Shown here: piece by piece, positions 1 to 8,975 of the stretch | How the letters are laid out: each line of letters begins with the position of its first letter | Numbering within the stretch: position 1 is the first letter of the stretch | Assembly (NCBI GenBank): GCA_963716255.1 | Contig: OY970303.1 | Span: forward strand, 4,544,001-4,608,000 | Direction of reading: 5' to 3' | Length of the DNA: 64,000 nucleotides | Origin: an uncultured Gemmatimonadales bacterium | Lineage (GTDB): Bacteria > Gemmatimonadota > Gemmatimonadetes > Longimicrobiales > Longimicrobiaceae | Translations under genes and position numbers: made by a program | Notes under the pieces: model-generated | Told to the model about the DNA's origin: nothing | Database searches by the model: none | The model's input: the letters and a program-made list of their open reading frames with translations, nothing else

Positions 1-105
1 GGTCTCGAAGGTGGCGCCCCGCCCGCGGATCCCCTCGTTGTAGATCTCCGCGACCCGGGGCGCGTCCTCCGCCCGCGCCGGCCGCACCCGCACGTCGCTC
101 CTCAT
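1..105 (-). CDS. GNAT N-acetyltransferase, ArsN1/phosphinothricin acetyltransferase-like (5' part only, runs off the window)
   Basis: Manual translation MRSDVRVRPARAEDAPRVAEIYNEGIRGRGATFET; the IYNxGI...ATFET motif is typical of PAT/ArsN1; arsM lies nearby. Confidence 0.75.
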   Translation of the reverse strand, partial: MRSDVRVRPARAEDAPRVAEIYNEGIRGRGATFET

Positions 106-304
106 CGGGTCGCCCCTGGTTGCCTCGTCCGCCGGGAACAGCCGCCTCGCCGCGTAGAATCGTTGCGCATCGCGCCGGAACGAATGATCTTGCCCCGCGC
201 GGCTCACCGGGAGCTCCGCGTCCCGTGCCGCCATCCGCCGCCGAATCCCGCTGGGCCTTGCCGCCTGCCGGATCGCCGGCGAACCACCCCTGCCCGTCCG
301 ACTC

Positions 305-769
305 ATGACAGCAAATCGCGAGTTGTCTCTGTATCGTCCGGCGCACGTCCGCGCCCTGGGCGGCGCGCGGATCGGTTTGGTCGCGGCGTGCGGCATGATC
401 CTGTTCGGCGTCGTCTCGCTGCTGATCGGCGCCCTCTTTTCGTGGCTGACCGGCCGCGCCGGACCGGCCGGGTTCTCGATGGCGGATCTGCCCTGGCTGG
501 GGCTGTACGTGACGGGCGGCGCCGTGTCGGGCGTGGTCGCAGGCCTTTTCCTCCCGCTGGCGAGGAACCGGGCGGGAGCCGCCCTGGCGGGCATCGCCGC
601 CATTCAGCCGATACTCTACGTCGTGGTGTGGATCATCGACCATTTCGAGCCGGGGCCGCAGGACGCGGTCGCCACCGCCGCCGTCTGGATCGTGATGACG
701 CTCATGCTCGGGCCCATCATCGGGCTCAGGTGGATCCGCCCCTATCACGACGGGTCCGCGGCCCGCTGA
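305..769 (+). CDS. Hypothetical membrane protein (about 4 TM segments)
   Basis: 154-aa ORF with four hydrophobic stretches. Confidence 0.7.
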   Translation: MTANRELSLYRPAHVRALGGARIGLVAACGMILFGVVSLLIGALFSWLTGRAGPAGFSMADLPWLGLYVTGGAVSGVVAGLFLPLARNRAGAALAGIAAIQPILYVVVWIIDHFEPGPQDAVATAAVWIVMTLMLGPIIGLRWIRPYHDGSAAR

Positions 770-816
770 AGCCTACGCGGCGCGTGCCCCGCGCCGCGTA
801 GGCTCCTCCCGGCAGG

Positions 817-1689
817 CTAGGCACAGCAGCCCGGCGGGCAGCAGGGCGACGCCTTTGCCTCCGCCCGCGCGGCGAGCGGCTTGCGGGCCCGCACGAAGGC
901 GCCCATGAAGCGCCCGTCCACCTCCGGGGCGATCGCGTCCGCGTCCATCCCCGCGCCCTCCAAGAAGGCCCGCGCGTCCTCCGCCCGGTAAACGCGCGTC
1001 GGCTCGATCTCCACGTCCTCGAAGCCCACCTCCTTCAGCAGGCGCCGGAACTCCCCCTCCTCCAGCGCCCCGGCGACGCACCCCACCCACAGCTCCATGC
1101 TGCGGCGCATCTCCGCCGGCACCTCGCCGCGCACCACCACGTCCGACACGGCGAAGCGGCCGCCCGGCTTCAGCACCCGGAACGCCTCGCGCAGCACCCG
1201 CGGCTTGTCGGCGGACAGGTTGATGACGCAGTTGGAGATGACCACGTCCACCGCCGCGTCGGGAAGCGGGACCTCCTCGATGTGCCCCTTGAGGAACTCC
1301 ACGTTCTCCACCCCCGCCTCGCGCTGGTTGCGGCGCGCCAGCTCCAGCATCTCGTCCGTCATGTCCAGCCCGTACGCCCTCCCGGCCGGTCCCACGCGCC
1401 TGGCCGAAAGCAGCACGTCGATCCCCCCGCCCGAGCCCAGGTCCAGCACCGTCTCCCCCTCGTTCAGCTGCGCCAGCGCCGTGGGGTTGCCGCACCCCAG
1501 CGAGGCGAGCACCGCCTGCTCCGGGAGCCCCGCCGTCTGCGCGTCGTCGTACAGGTTGGAGGTGATGGGGTCGCAGGATCCGTTGAACGCCGCGCCCCCG
1601 CAGCACGAGCTGCCGCCCCCCGCCGCCACCCGCAGCGCCGCCTCGCCGTACTTTTCCCGCACCGTCGCCCGGATGTCCGTCGTGCTCAT
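817..1689 (-). CDS. arsM: Arsenite S-adenosylmethionine methyltransferase
   Basis: SLGCGNP, VLDLGSGGGID, DVVISNCVINL, WVGCVAGAL motifs; Cys-rich termini. Confidence 0.93.
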   Translation of the reverse strand: MSTTDIRATVREKYGEAALRVAAGGGSSCCGGAAFNGSCDPITSNLYDDAQTAGLPEQAVLASLGCGNPTALAQLNEGETVLDLGSGGGIDVLLSARRVGPAGRAYGLDMTDEMLELARRNQREAGVENVEFLKGHIEEVPLPDAAVDVVISNCVINLSADKPRVLREAFRVLKPGGRFAVSDVVVRGEVPAEMRRSMELWVGCVAGALEEGEFRRLLKEVGFEDVEIEPTRVYRAEDARAFLEGAGMDADAIAPEVDGRFMGAFVRARKPLAARAEAKASPCCPPGCCA

Positions 1690-1800
1690 GGTCGTGTCTC
1701 CCGTATGGGGTTTCCAAGTCTACAACGCGATGGGTCCCGCGCGCACGGCCTTCTCCAGCCTCCGGCCGTCCGGTCCACTTTTCTGCATTCTCGGCTGATC

Positions 1801-1820
1801 AATCACTTGTCACTTGCAAC
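1801..1820. promoter_or_regulatory. Putative MarR operator upstream of arsM
   Basis: AATCACTTGTCACTTGCAAC matches AATCAGTTGTCAGTTGCAAC at 2402-2421 in 18 of 20 positions. Confidence 0.7.
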
Positions 1821-1856
1821 TATCGGTGCACAGGAAAGCCCCTCTTCCCGCATCCA

Positions 1857-2384
1857 TCACCGGATGGCGCAGCAGGCGCCGCCGGTGGTGTCCACGCGCG
1901 CCGCCGCCGCGCGGGCGAGCTGGCCGATCAGCTTCGCCATGGACCGCCGGACCTCGGGTGGGAACTCCGCCAGCAGCTCCCGCTCCTGCGCCAGGATGTC
2001 GCCCTGGATGCGCGCGTGCAGGCCGCGCCCCTCCGCAGTGGCGACCAGCTGCAGCGCGCGCCGGTCCTCCTCGTGGGTCCGCCGCTCCACGTAGCCCTTC
2101 TTTTCCAGAGCATCCACCACGCGGCTGGCCGTGCTCTTGTCCAGGTACAGCCGCGCGGCAAGGTCGTTGAGGCCCAGCGGCCCCTCCAGCACCACCGCCT
2201 CCAGCGCGTAGCACTGCGACACCGACACGTCGTAGCAGCAGATGCGGTCGCGGTCACGGAACTGGTACACGCGCACCAGCTCCGTGAGGGCGCGGTTCAG
2301 CTCCACGGTGTCCGCGTCCAGCCGCTCGGCGGCGCCCAGGATCGGCAGGGGCTTCGATGCTTGCGTGGGAGTTCGTGTGGGCAT
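1857..2384 (-). CDS. MarR-family regulator with vicinal cysteines (likely As(III)-responsive)
   Basis: Winged-helix LDKSTASRVVDALEKKGYVER..DRR; RICCYDVSVSQC and C-terminal ACCAIR; start moved to ATG at 2384. Confidence 0.88.
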   Translation of the reverse strand: MPTRTPTQASKPLPILGAAERLDADTVELNRALTELVRVYQFRDRDRICCYDVSVSQCYALEAVVLEGPLGLNDLAARLYLDKSTASRVVDALEKKGYVERRTHEEDRRALQLVATAEGRGLHARIQGDILAQERELLAEFPPEVRRSMAKLIGQLARAAAARVDTTGGACCAIR

Positions 2385-2401
2385 GGTCCCGCGTCTGAGT
2401 A

Positions 2402-2465
2402 AATCAGTTGTCAGTTGCAACCGCTTCCGCACGAAAGGATAGTTGCGACTAGCAACCGATGTCAA
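2402..2465 (-). promoter_or_regulatory. sigma70-type promoter of marR overlapped by two GTTG-N7-CAAC palindromes
   Basis: Minus strand TTGACA-N18-TATCCT (2465 to 2436); palindromes at 2442-2456 (inside the spacer) and 2407-2421. Confidence 0.7.
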
Positions 2466-2492
2466 GGGTCTCGTTTCGGTGGGCGTCGGCGG

Positions 2493-2621
2493 GGCCGCTA
2501 CGGAGCCCGGCCAAACTGCCAGCCGGTCTCCTCCGCGGGCTCCGGGAGCCACCGGAAACTGCCCCGGTGTCTCCCTGCGCCGGAGGGAGCCAGCCGGAAA
2601 CCGCCCCGGCTGTCTCCCTCC
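2493..2621 (+). repeat. Repeat family B copy (three tandem GAGC-stem-AAACNGCC-stem-GTCTC modules)
   Basis: Homologous to 5257, 6355, 23440, 50790 and 53052. Confidence 0.85.
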
Positions 2622-2650
2622 GGACAGACGGATGTGGATACAGCGAAAAC

Positions 2651-2692
2651 GAACGGCGCCCCCACCCCGGCATCGAGGTGGGGGCGCCGTTC
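2651..2692. repeat. Family D hairpin (GGCGCCCCC...GGGGGCGCC); possible terminator
   Basis: Related hairpins at 5412, 6274, 43578, 50947, 53211, 59417 and 60270. Confidence 0.75.
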
Positions 2693-2715
2693 GCAGGCTG
2701 TTCCCTGTTCCCTAT

Positions 2716-3219
2716 CTATCTCGTCACCCGCACGTCGCCGCGCAGCAGCGTCATCGGCCCGAAGCTGGGCTGGCCGAGCACTCCCGCGTCCACGCCCACC
2801 GTGCCGTCCAGCTGGTAGCGGATGGGGCCGCCGGTCACGGCGCGGCTGAGGGTGCTCGCCAGGCCGGGGAGGTCGGCGAAGCTGATGCTGATCTCCAGCG
2901 GCACCAGCGCTTCCTGGCCGGGCTGGAGCGGGACGCCCAGCGGGAAGTCCACCTGGGCGGCCTGCTGGCCCTCCAGGAGAAGGCCGCCGCGCAGGGAGGA
3001 GAGCGTCATCCCCAGGGGGTTGGGGTTGGTGACCCGCGCGTACAGGCGGATCGCCGCGCCGCCCAGCGGGCGGCCCACGCCGGGGGCCAGCAGGCGCAGC
3101 TCCTCCGGGCGGTCCTCCGCCACGCGGAAGGTGGGGGGCTGGATCACCTGGCCCAGCGTCGCGCAGCCGGGGGCCAGGGCGAGGAGCAGCAGCAGCGCGC
3201 CGCGTCGGAGTGCCGTCAT
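2716..3219 (-). CDS. LEA type 2 (WHy domain) lipoprotein
   Basis: Lipobox LAPGC; VTNPNPLGMTL motif. Confidence 0.8.
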   Translation of the reverse strand: MTALRRGALLLLLALAPGCATLGQVIQPPTFRVAEDRPEELRLLAPGVGRPLGGAAIRLYARVTNPNPLGMTLSSLRGGLLLEGQQAAQVDFPLGVPLQPGQEALVPLEISISFADLPGLASTLSRAVTGGPIRYQLDGTVGVDAGVLGQPSFGPMTLLRGDVRVTR

Positions 3220-3303
3220 GTCGCGTCTCCCGGTCTCCGCGCCGCCACGGGCGGCGGCGCGTCGTTGCAGTGTCGGGTGTTCGGGGGTGGCTGTTCCCGG
3301 CAA

Positions 3304-3319
3304 TGCAACGCGTGTGCCC
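3304..3319 (-). promoter_or_regulatory. Putative sigma54 promoter for the LEA_2 gene
   Basis: Minus strand GGGCACACGCGTTGCA (GG-N10-GC). Confidence 0.55.
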
Positions 3320-3366
3320 CAGCCGGGCTCGGCGGGCGCCCACGCATGCACAAACCCCTGAAGTGC

Positions 3367-3382
3367 TGGAATGGAAGCTGCA
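3367..3382 (+). promoter_or_regulatory. Putative sigma54 promoter for the ferritin-like gene
   Basis: TGGAATGGAAGCTGCA (GG-N10-GC). Confidence 0.4.
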
Positions 3383-3467
3383 TACCCGTGGCCTTCCCCC
3401 GTCACCGCCGCGCGGAGCCGGGAGCGCAGGGAAGAGCCCGGAAACTCATCACCTCAAGGAGGGAAGG

Positions 3468-4445
3468 TTGGACACTCACACGACCGGCCAGGCGGGGAGC
3501 CTCACGCCCGCCTCATCCGAGATCCTGGACGGCCTCAACGACCTCCTCCAGCTGGACCACGACGCCATCGGCGCGTACGAGATCGCCATCGACAAGCTCC
3601 AGGACCGCGACAACGCCCAGCAGATCGCCGGGTTCAAGCGCGACCACGAGCGGCACATCCAGGAGCTCAACCTGGCCATCGCCGGGCTGGGCGGCACGCC
3701 GAAGAACGAGCCGCACGCCACCGGGCCCTTCAAGCAGGCGCTGCAGAGCCTGGGCGGCCTGGCGGGCGACAGGGGGCTGCTGATCGCCTGGCGGACCAAC
3801 GAGCTGCAGGTGCGCACCCGGTACGACGCGTACGCCAGCAAGGCGAACCACTGGGGCCCCGACCTCAAGCGCCTGGTGGACCGCAACGCGCTGGACGAGG
3901 AGCGACACTACGAGTGGGTGACCCGCGCGCTGCAGGGCATGGGCGTGGGTACCGCCGAGGGTGCGGAGCCGGACGCCGCGACCCGGGCGGACGAGGGCGG
4001 TTCCACGGGAGGGCTGTCGGGGCTCCGCGAGCGCGCGGCGGACGTGGCCGGCACCGCACGCGACAAGGTGGCCGATGTCGCCGGCACGGCGCGGGACAGG
4101 GTGGCGGACGTGGCCGGCAGCGCCCGCGAGCGGGTGGGCGGCGCGGCGGAGAGCGCGCGCGACCGCGTGGGCGCGGTCCCCGGGCAGCTGCGCGAGGGTG
4201 TGGCCGGGGGGCTGGAGTCGGTGGCCAACCGCATCTCGCACCTGGTGGACGCGGAGGAGGGCGGGCGCATGGCCGGGGTGGCCGGCGGCGTCGCCGGGGG
4301 GATGGAGAGCACCGCGCGCTACGTGCGCGAGGGGAACGTGGAAGAGCTGCGGCGCGACTTCGAGGGGCAGGTGCGCCGCAGTCCCGTGCAGACGCTGCTG
4401 GCCGCGGCGCTGGCGGGTTTCGTGATCGGCCGAATCCTTCGCTAA
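3468..4445 (+). CDS. Ferritin-like (DUF2383/PA2169-type) protein with 11-mer repeats and an ElaB/YqjD-like C-terminal anchor
   Basis: LNDLLQLDHDAIGAY, DHERH, DEERH; TTG start after AAGGAGG; ADVAGTARDKV repeats. Confidence 0.8.
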   Translation: MDTHTTGQAGSLTPASSEILDGLNDLLQLDHDAIGAYEIAIDKLQDRDNAQQIAGFKRDHERHIQELNLAIAGLGGTPKNEPHATGPFKQALQSLGGLAGDRGLLIAWRTNELQVRTRYDAYASKANHWGPDLKRLVDRNALDEERHYEWVTRALQGMGVGTAEGAEPDAATRADEGGSTGGLSGLRERAADVAGTARDKVADVAGTARDRVADVAGSARERVGGAAESARDRVGAVPGQLREGVAGGLESVANRISHLVDAEEGGRMAGVAGGVAGGMESTARYVREGNVEELRRDFEGQVRRSPVQTLLAAALAGFVIGRILR

Positions 4446-4457
4446 AGGAGAGCCCAC

Positions 4458-5228
4458 ATGGCTGAGATTCGCACGGAGCGCGAGGAGATGCCGACCACGC
4501 CCCGGTCCGACGTGCACGCCGCCGAGAACCTGACCGACCGGCCCGCCGACCACCTGCCGTCGGGGCACGCCCTCCCGGGCGGGACCCCGTCGGCGAGGAC
4601 CACGGCGGACCCCTCCGCCGTCGTCGCGGACGACCCGGAGGCGGTCCGCTCCGAGATCGAGCAGACGCGCGAGCGGATGTCCTCCACCATCGACGAGATC
4701 GAGAGCGTCCTCGCCCGCAAGAAGGAGGCGATCCAGGACAGGCTGGACGTGCTCGCCCCCATCCGGGAGCGGCCACTCCCCGCCACCGGGATCGCCTTCG
4801 GGGTGGGGCTGGCGCTGGGGTTGCTCACCGGCGGCGGCGACGACTCCGACAACGCCCCGCGCGCGCAATCGCCCGGCCCGGGGCTGGGCGCGCTCGGCAT
4901 GGGCGCGGGCGCAGGCGAGGACCACGAGCCCTTCTCGGGCGACTCGGCCGAGCGTGCGGCGATGTGGGAGAGCCGGGCGCGGCGCCTCCTGCGGGTCGCG
5001 CGGGAGCAGGAGGAGCAGATCCGCGAGCTCAAGGAGCGCTACGGCACCCTGTACGCCCGCGAGGTGGAGCTGTCGGGGGCGGGGTGGGAGGACAACGAGG
5101 CCGCGAGCGGCGAGCTGATGTCCAGCGTCGGCAACCTGCGCGACACGGTGCTGCACGGGATCACGGGGTTCCTCACCGACGCCTTCCACCAGATGGGGAA
5201 GAGCGGGACACCGACGTCGCAGGCGTAG
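4458..5228 (+). CDS. DUF3618-domain protein
   Basis: DPEAVRSEIEQTRERMSSTIDEI; AAGGAG RBS. Confidence 0.78.
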   Translation: MAEIRTEREEMPTTPRSDVHAAENLTDRPADHLPSGHALPGGTPSARTTADPSAVVADDPEAVRSEIEQTRERMSSTIDEIESVLARKKEAIQDRLDVLAPIRERPLPATGIAFGVGLALGLLTGGGDDSDNAPRAQSPGPGLGALGMGAGAGEDHEPFSGDSAERAAMWESRARRLLRVAREQEEQIRELKERYGTLYAREVELSGAGWEDNEAASGELMSSVGNLRDTVLHGITGFLTDAFHQMGKSGTPTSQA

Positions 5229-5256
5229 CGGGTTCGTCTTCGGCGGGTTCTGGGGG

Positions 5257-5382
5257 GGCCGCTGCGGAGCCGGACGATACTGCCGTCCGTCTCCTCCGGG
5301 GGCTACGGGAGCCCCGGGAAACTGCCCCCGGGTCTCCCTGCGCCGAGGGGAGCCTCGCCAAACAGCCGGCGAGTCTCCCCCC
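5257..5382 (+). repeat. Repeat family B copy
   Basis: Same three-module architecture as 2493-2621. Confidence 0.85.
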
Positions 5383-5517
5383 GAACAGCTTTTGGGAACT
5401 ATGGGAGCGGCAACGGCGCCCTCGGCGGGGAGATCCCGGCGGGGGCGCCGTCGCATGCTTCGTACTGCCGCCGACTCCCGCACTTTCGCACTTTCGCACT
5501 GCCCCTATCTTTCCCGC

Positions 5518-6255
5518 ATGGCTTATCTCCGCGTCACCCCCCGCGGCCTGCTCGCCGCCGTTCTCGCGCTGGTCGTGGCCGCTACGTGTGTGCGGCTGGG
5601 GTTCTGGCAGCTGGACCGGCTGGAGGGGCGGCGGGCGCGAAACGCGGCGGTGGGCGCGGCGGGCGCGCTCCCCATGCTGGCGCTGGACTCCGCGGCGCTC
5701 GCGGCGGTGGCGCGCAGCCCCGCGGCGTACGTGAACCGGCGCGTGCGCGTGCGCGGCACGTACGACCCGGCGGGGGAGGTGGTGCTGCGCGGCCGCGCCC
5801 GCGAGGGGCAGCCGGGCGTCCACCTGGTGACGCCGCTGCGGGTGGCGGGGGGCGGGGGCGCGGTGCTGGTGAACCGCGGCTGGGCGCCCTCGCCGGACGG
5901 CGCCACGGTGCGGCGGGCGCCGTTCGCGGAGCCCGGAGAGCGCGAGGTGGTGGGGCTCCTCCAGGAGATCCCCGTCACGGACGACGGCGGCCAGCCCGCC
6001 GCCGCCGCCGGGCGCGACACCACCTTCCGCCGCCTGGACCTGGCCGCGGTCCGCGCCCGCGCCCCCTACCTCCTGCTGCCCCTGTACGTGCAGCAGCTCC
6101 CCGACTCCGCAGCCCCCCGCGACCGCCCCCCCTTCCGCGTTCCCCCGCCCGAGCTGGGCGAGGGCCCGCACCTGGGCTACGCGATCCAGTGGTTCAGCTT
6201 CGCCGCCATCGCCGTGGTGGGGTTCCTGGTGGTGGCGCTGCGGAAAAAGACGTAA
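5518..6255 (+). CDS. SURF1-family protein
   Basis: LGFWQLDR, VLVNRGW, HLGYAIQWF. Confidence 0.92.
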   Translation: MAYLRVTPRGLLAAVLALVVAATCVRLGFWQLDRLEGRRARNAAVGAAGALPMLALDSAALAAVARSPAAYVNRRVRVRGTYDPAGEVVLRGRAREGQPGVHLVTPLRVAGGGGAVLVNRGWAPSPDGATVRRAPFAEPGEREVVGLLQEIPVTDDGGQPAAAAGRDTTFRRLDLAAVRARAPYLLLPLYVQQLPDSAAPRDRPPFRVPPPELGEGPHLGYAIQWFSFAAIAVVGFLVVALRKKT

Positions 6256-6354
6256 TGGAAGTGCGAGAGTGCGAAACGGCGCCCCCACCTGGATCTCCGG
6301 GCGGGGGCGCCGTTTTGCCGTTCGTCGTTCCGTAGTACCCACGTGAATATGCTC

Positions 6355-6495
6355 GGGGGGAGACTCGCCGGCGCCGCAGTTCAAAGGCGCTGTGCGAGGC
6401 TCACCCCGGCGCAGGGAGACAGGGCGGCTGTTTGGCCTGGCTCCCGGAGCCCGCGCAGGAGACCGGCAGCAGTACCGCCGGGCTCCGTAGCGGCC
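6355..6495 (-). repeat. Repeat family B copy (inverted)
   Basis: Reverse complement of family B with one enlarged loop. Confidence 0.8.
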
Positions 6496-6649
6496 CCTTC
6501 GAAGCTCGCCTGGACACCCCGCAACATACGCGTCCGCAGAAACATGGCACGGATCGCGGTGTGCCTCTTGCATACGCTGGGCACTCCCCAAAAGTCGGTA
6601 CGGGGTGCTGGGAAACGAAGCAGCCCACCATCGGAAAAAGGGAGGACGC

Positions 6650-8044
6650 ATGGCTCGCTATGGACGAGACTTCGACCGCAATCGCGGGGGGATGTTCGGG
6701 AACCGGGGCATGACGGGGCGCGACTACGGACAGGACTACGGCTACGGCGCCGGTGGGTCCGGGAGCGAAGAGTTCCGCGGCGGCACGTCGCGCGGCGGCG
6801 GCTATGGCGGGATGGGCTCGGACGGCTTCGGCTCCGGGTACGGCGGAATGGGGTCGGACGGCTACCTGGGCGGGGGCGGCGGGCAGTCGCGCGGGGGCTT
6901 CAGCGGCTTCGGCGGCGGCGGCGGTGCCTACGACAGCGAATACGGCAGCGGCGCCGGCGGGATGAGCCGGGGCGGCGGGTACGGCGGCACCGGCGGCGGA
7001 TTCGGGAGCGGCCGCGGCACCGGCTACGGCGGCGGCGGGATGACGGGCGGCGGCTCGTCGTACGGGCGCGGCGGGATGGGCGGCGGCTACCGCGGCGACG
7101 AATACAGCGGTGAGGGCGGCTTCGAGTACGGCTCCGGGCGCTCGTCGCAGGGCGGCGGCTACGGGGCGTACGCGGGCGGCTACTCGGGGTACCAGGGCGG
7201 CTTCGGCGGCGGCTTCGGCGAGCCGGGGTACGGCGACTACGGCCTGGGCGAGACCACCCGCGGCGGGCTGGGGCGGACCGCCGGCCGCGGCGGGAGCCAG
7301 GAGACCCGCCGGCGCGCCTCCGAGATCATGACGCGCGACCCGGAGACGGTCACCGCGGACGCCACCCTGGCCGACGCGGCCAGGAAGATGCGCGACCTGG
7401 ACGTGGGCATCATCCCCGTGGTGGAGAGCGAGCAGAACAAGCGCCTCAAGGGGGTGGTCACCGACCGCGACATCACCATCCGCGCGGTCGCCGAGGGCAA
7501 GGACGCCAACACCACCAAGGTTCTGGAGGTGATGACCTCGGGGGTGGAGACCTGCAACCAGAACGACACGGTGCAGGACATCCTCAGCCTGATGGAGCGC
7601 GAGCAGGTGCGCCGCGTGCCCATCACCGACCGCGAGGGGCGGCTGGTGGGGATCGTCGCGCAGGCGGACGTGGCCACCGAGCTCGCCGACTCGCACGAGG
7701 GGATGCACGAGGTGGCGGACACCCTGGAGCGCATCTCCGAGCCCGGCCGCGGGGGCCGCGGCGGCTCCATGCGCGGCTCGCAGTCGCGCGGGATGCAGAC
7801 CGGCGGCCGCTCCGGCGGGATGCAGGCGGGCGGTGGGACGTCGTCGGGCAGCGGGATGACGGCGGGCGGGCGCTCCTCCGGCGGGACGCAGACGGGTGGC
7901 GCCCAGGCCGGCGGGATGCAGGCCGGCGGCGCGCAGACCGGGACGGCGCAGTCCGGCTCCGGCGCGGCCGGCGGCACGCAGGGCCGCACGCAGCCGGGTG
8001 GCACGCGCGGCTCCGCCGCGGCGGGGAGCGAGGGCGGCGAGTAG
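6650..8044 (+). CDS. CBS-pair protein flanked by long Gly/Tyr/Arg-rich and Gly/Gln-rich low-complexity regions
   Basis: IMTRDPETV, GVVTDRDITIR, VRRVPI, LVGIVAQAD; GGAGG RBS. Confidence 0.88.
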   Translation: MARYGRDFDRNRGGMFGNRGMTGRDYGQDYGYGAGGSGSEEFRGGTSRGGGYGGMGSDGFGSGYGGMGSDGYLGGGGGQSRGGFSGFGGGGGAYDSEYGSGAGGMSRGGGYGGTGGGFGSGRGTGYGGGGMTGGGSSYGRGGMGGGYRGDEYSGEGGFEYGSGRSSQGGGYGAYAGGYSGYQGGFGGGFGEPGYGDYGLGETTRGGLGRTAGRGGSQETRRRASEIMTRDPETVTADATLADAARKMRDLDVGIIPVVESEQNKRLKGVVTDRDITIRAVAEGKDANTTKVLEVMTSGVETCNQNDTVQDILSLMEREQVRRVPITDREGRLVGIVAQADVATELADSHEGMHEVADTLERISEPGRGGRGGSMRGSQSRGMQTGGRSGGMQAGGGTSSGSGMTAGGRSSGGTQTGGAQAGGMQAGGAQTGTAQSGSGAAGGTQGRTQPGGTRGSAAAGSEGGE

Positions 8045-8067
8045 CTCCGCCGCTCGAAGCCGGCAGG

Positions 8068-8100
8068 GGAAGGGGGGGCCGCGCCGCGGCCCCCCCTTTC
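8068..8100 (+). terminator. Putative intrinsic terminator
   Basis: GGGGGGCCGCG/CGCGGCCCCCC hairpin followed by TTT, just after the CBS gene. Confidence 0.5.
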
Positions 8101-8178
8101 GCCGTCCACGAGGGGATTTTTCCGGATTCCGCGGCCCGGCACGGCTTCCCGGCGCGGCCGGAAACGTACGGTGGGATA

Positions 8179-8193
8179 CGGCATAGGCCTTGC
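8179..8193 (+). promoter_or_regulatory. Putative sigma54 promoter
   Basis: CGGCATAGGCCTTGC about 80 nt upstream of the ATG at 8270. Confidence 0.55.
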
Positions 8194-8269
8194 CGGACTG
8201 CGCGCCCCCGCACGGGAGCGGGGAAGGTCCGGGGAAAGGAACGGAACCTGAATCGATCGGGAGGAGCCA

Positions 8270-8923
8270 ATGCACGACGAGCGCGACGTGGAGTTCACGC
8301 CTTCACCGGAGATGGGGGCGGCCGCCGGCGGAGTGGAGTTCACGCCCGCGCCGGGCCCGGAGAGCGCGGCGGGCCCCGGCCCGGCGGGGGCCGCCATGGA
8401 CCAGGCGAAGGCGACGGCCCAGCGCCTGATGGGCGACGCCCAGCAGAAGACCGCGGAGCAGGTGCAGACGCACCTGGACGGCCAGAAGACCCGCGCGGCC
8501 GAATCGCTCAGCGGCGTCGCGCAGTCGCTGCGCACCACCAGCCGGCAGCTCACGGAAGCGCCGGCGGGGCTGGGCGGCTTCGTGCAGCAGGCCGCCGACC
8601 ACGTGGACGGCCTGGCGCGCTACCTGGAGAACAGCGAGGTGGGCGACCTGGTGGACGACGTGGAGGACTTCGCGCGGCGCAGCCCCGCGGTGTTCCTGGG
8701 CGGCGCTTTCGTCCTGGGGATGCTGGGGGCGCGCTTCCTCAAGAGCTCGCGCCGCAACCTGGTGCGCAGCGAGCTGCGGCAGGGGTGGAGCGGCCACGAT
8801 CTCACCGGACGCATGGACGATCCCACCCGCGACGCCGTGGGCCGGCCGCGGGCGCCGGGGTACGCTCCGCCCGCGGAGCGCACCGGCTCGGAGTACAGGG
8901 CCGCGGGACCCCGCGAAGGGTAG
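8270..8923 (+). CDS. Hypothetical stress protein with an ElaB/YqjD-like anchor
   Basis: DVEDFARRSPAVFLGGAFVLGMLGARFLKSS; AGGAG RBS. Confidence 0.75.
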   Translation: MHDERDVEFTPSPEMGAAAGGVEFTPAPGPESAAGPGPAGAAMDQAKATAQRLMGDAQQKTAEQVQTHLDGQKTRAAESLSGVAQSLRTTSRQLTEAPAGLGGFVQQAADHVDGLARYLENSEVGDLVDDVEDFARRSPAVFLGGAFVLGMLGARFLKSSRRNLVRSELRQGWSGHDLTGRMDDPTRDAVGRPRAPGYAPPAERTGSEYRAAGPREG

Positions 8924-8975
8924 CCGGCGGGAGCACGGACCGGAAACCTTTCGACGACGAGCCCCAGGAGGAGCG

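Noticed and set aside
1720..1788. 22-aa upstream ORF between marR and arsM
   Set aside because: No clear RBS or informative residues; likely chance
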